Below are positions 41,120-43,865 of a stretch of DNA of 43,865 nucleotides, piece after piece. Below the pieces are notes generated by a model. That model saw only the letters and a list, made by a program, of their open reading frames with translations. It made no database searches and had not been told where the DNA came from. The stretch comes from Escherichia phage vB_EcolP_P433.1. Positions within the stretch are counted from its first letter, which is position 1; each line of letters begins with the position of its first letter. The stretch is taken from sequence record MN384978.1; one strand, written 5' to 3'. The translations under genes were made by a program, and so were the position numbers.

Positions 41120-43802
41120 TTATGCAAAGCAATAGTCAGAAACTAAGATCTCTTCAAGGTTAAACTCCCCTTGCTCCGGCACTTGGATACCAGTATCCAC
41201 TAACCAGCGCTCTTCGTGCTCATCTAACAGGCTTTGCAGGGCATTACGTCCTTGGTACATTTTCACCATTTCTGCCCTTAAGCTATCCCGCAGGTCTGCG
41301 GTGCGGCCTGCATGAGTGCCAAAAGAGTCATGAATAACTGCAATGGATGTTATACCTTTATCCACGAGGTCACATACAGTCAGGATAAGGTGGCTAGCAT
41401 CATGACCATGAACAAAATTAGGAGCCGCTGCACCCATCATCGCCGTTTCATCAACTACGTCTGTTTCAATCTGGAGACTCATCTTGATTTCACCCATCAA
41501 GCAAGTTGATACGCGAAGCATATCGGTTGCCATTATCTTTTGTTGCAAGATGAAGCCAGTAGGCAAGGTGTATTCTAACCCTTCATTTCTTTTAGCTGCG
41601 AATCGTGCTAGTTGGCGAATCATTCTCATCGCCACTATAGGTGCTTTAACAACCTCAGAGATTGAAGGCCAGATTAAAGCCGTCATATAATTATAGGCCG
41701 CACCAGTAGTTAAGTAGTCTTTGCGGTCATTATCAAAAGGGTGCACAGGATTCGCCGTCCGCCCTTCTGCAATAGCTCTTTGCGCCTCTTTTTCTTCCAA
41801 ATCAACGATATAATCAATCACAGACTCACGGCAGGTTAAGCGGGTGGAACCATAAGGCAAGGTCATTACGGGCTTTTTGGTTAAGCCACGAGTGATACCT
41901 ATCATATCCCATGCGCTAGCCATGCTACGCAGTTCTGCTCCTGTAAGTGTCACGCTTCCAGAGGTGAAAGTCTCTGCATCATCTGCATTCATGTAAGCGT
42001 AATTCTTCTGGATAACCACTTGCGCCACCGCCCCATAAATATCTTGCGGTGAGTCTGACGGCTTAAGGTTTACCGCCTTAGCGCCTACTTCATCACGTAG
42101 CATCGCACTATAATGCTGAATACCAGAACAACTACCGTCTTGGTGTACTGGTAAGTGCGTCATGAATTGGTCTTGTGTACCTTCATCCAAAGCATCAAGG
42201 TAACGAGCATACTCAAAGCACCACGCAAGGAATCCATAAGGAGAATCAGCATTTACCCATTGAGTAAAAGTCAGCGGGTCGGCTGCAATATCGCGGCACA
42301 TATCTTGAAATTCGCCATCCAGCACATTAGCGGTGCGCACGTCAAAAGTTTTCTTATCCCAACCCCAGTTATTCGCCCCGTTCACCAAAAACCACTTAAG
42401 CGCCTCAGCGCTGTTTATAGTCTGCCCTTCGGTAAACCGTAGTAGCGCCTTGCCTAAGTCATTTGATTGCGGCGAGAGTGTGCTAGATTGCGCGTATACA
42501 CGGCTGCGGCTGTCCAGTGCATATACGAAGTAAATAGCGTTGAAGTGGCTGTATTTACGGGCCTGCCCGACCATGCGAACGGTTGCCGCCGATTTACTGC
42601 CGCGCTTAGTCTCTGCGGTGTACAGCTTGGTGCATTCACCTTTCCAGTTGATAAATGCGTGCCATTGTTCTGGGGTTAGCATTTCTTTTAGTTCACGACC
42701 GCGCAGGTGTTGGAACTCAAGAGGAACAGGATTAGCGGGCTTGTTCTCCCGGTCGATGAGTGGTTTAAAGGAGGGCACACCATAACCAAGATCGAGGCGG
42801 ATAACATCTTCAACAACCTGCAACACTTCCTTATTAACCTGCCACTTGGTCGCCTGCAAAGCGTTAACAGCCTTGTAAACCGCTGGCATTTGCTTTTTGG
42901 TTAGCTTGCGGACGTGCTCGCGGTTGCCTTTAACCAGACGGATACGGCTTGCCACTTTCTCAGTGTGAAAACCTCCATTAAAAGGGGACACCCAAGGGCG
43001 CGGAGGGATAACGCAAGGTGCATAGGCTGGACTAAGCTGCGCTACGTGCTCTTTGAAGGCCGTTATCCACTCCCCAACGTGTTCACTAGTCTGTAAGTAG
43101 TAAACGCCATGTTTGCCGCCGTTAGTGCGCAAGGTGCGGAGGAAAACAGGCTGCCCGTTGAAGAATACACTATTTTCCAAGATTTCTAGCAAGGTCATGC
43201 CTATTTGCAGCAAGGTATCCTTAGGCCATGCCTCCCAGCGGGAGAAATCAGCGTCACGGTCAGATACAGACTTCTCAGCCACAACTGCTACGTTGTGCGC
43301 ATGGCGATAGGATTTAGTCTTGCTTGCCTTAAGTGACTTCTTAACCTTCTCGAAGTATTTGGCGGCGTGACCTTCCAGCTTGCTAAATCGCACTTGGTCT
43401 TCAATGCGGTCAGCTACATTCATGGCTATGGCTTGCAAGGTTACATCTGTGTTCAACATATCCATGACAATCTTCATCGTGATATAGGCTGCCACTTCAT
43501 TTTCTACGCAGTTAATGAAAGCTAATGCACGAGGTGCACGGCCTCTTTTACCTTCATACTCTTCCTTGTATGCCTGAATACCTTCAGCCATTGGCGCGAT
43601 TAACTCGGATAATAAGCGGCGATTCCAAGCCGTATCCGATTCGTTACCGGATGCAATTTGGCGCTGTTGGTCTGCTTCAAAGCGACGAATACCGCCGTTA
43701 AACATTTCTTCTTCAAGCTGAAGCTGGATAGCGTGTAGGTCTAATACCGCCGTTAAACATTTCTTCTTCAAGCTGAAGCTGGATAGCGTGTAGGTCTTGC
43801 AT
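41120..43802 (-). CDS. single-subunit DNA-dependent RNA polymerase, SP6-type; 5' end disrupted by a 55-bp tandem duplication
   Basis: Near-identity over long stretches to SP6 RNA polymerase as remembered (e.g. [49 protein letters not shown]-terminus ...DYCFA). The RBS-preceded ATG at 43802 encodes [20 protein letters not shown] and then frameshifts; the intact frame 41120-43771 begins only at a TTG. Confidence 0.85.
43688..43797. repeat. perfect direct tandem duplication, 2 x 55 bp (43688-43742 and 43743-43797)
   Basis: Both units read AATACCGCCGTTAAACATTTCTTCTTCAAGCTGAAGCTGGATAGCGTGTAGGTCT; the bases flanking each unit differ, so the repeat is exactly 55 bp. Confidence 0.9.
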
Positions 43803-43865
43803 CTTGTTTACTCCTAGTGAAAGAAAACTTAATAGGTGACACCTAAGAAGATGCCACCGATAAGG

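Noticed and set aside
41120-43771. Taking the track ORF with its TTG start at 43771 as the native RNA polymerase gene
   Set aside because: The RBS-preceded ATG at 43802 encodes the N-terminus expected for an SP6-type polymerase and is put out of frame only by the 55-bp duplication; the TTG frame is a by-product of the duplication.
1-43865. Integrated prophage or plasmid-borne element
   Set aside because: No integrase, repressor, attachment sites or flanking bacterial genes were seen; the gene content is that of a strictly lytic T7/SP6-type phage.

Overview
This window reads as the reverse complement of an essentially complete genome of an SP6-like, T7-supergroup lytic podophage (Autographiviridae), with every credible gene on the minus strand. 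Reading the minus strand from 43865 down to 1 gives: single-subunit RNA polymerase, gp1.1-like peptide, primase-helicase, DNA polymerase, SSB-like protein, 5'-3' exonuclease, endonuclease VII, metallophosphoesterase, ATP-dependent ligase, GNAT acetyltransferase, portal, scaffold, major capsid, tail tube A and B, three internal virion proteins, tail-fibre adaptor, T7-type holin, small terminase, large terminase, an endolysin cluster, two tailspikes, a genome-end repeat region with host-type promoters, then Ocr and other early genes. The two window ends appear to join, so the sequence is probably a circularly permuted assembly. About 12 phage-polymerase promoters (consensus ATTTACTGGACACTATAGAAG) were found by eye. 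The two most notable observations are (1) the large terminase gene is interrupted by what looks like a self-splicing group I intron carrying a GIY-YIG homing endonuclease, and (2) a perfect 55-bp tandem duplication in the first codons of the RNA polymerase gene breaks its reading frame. All calls rest on reading the sequence and on remembered protein motifs; no database search or folding was run, and promoter and motif coordinates may be off by a few bases.
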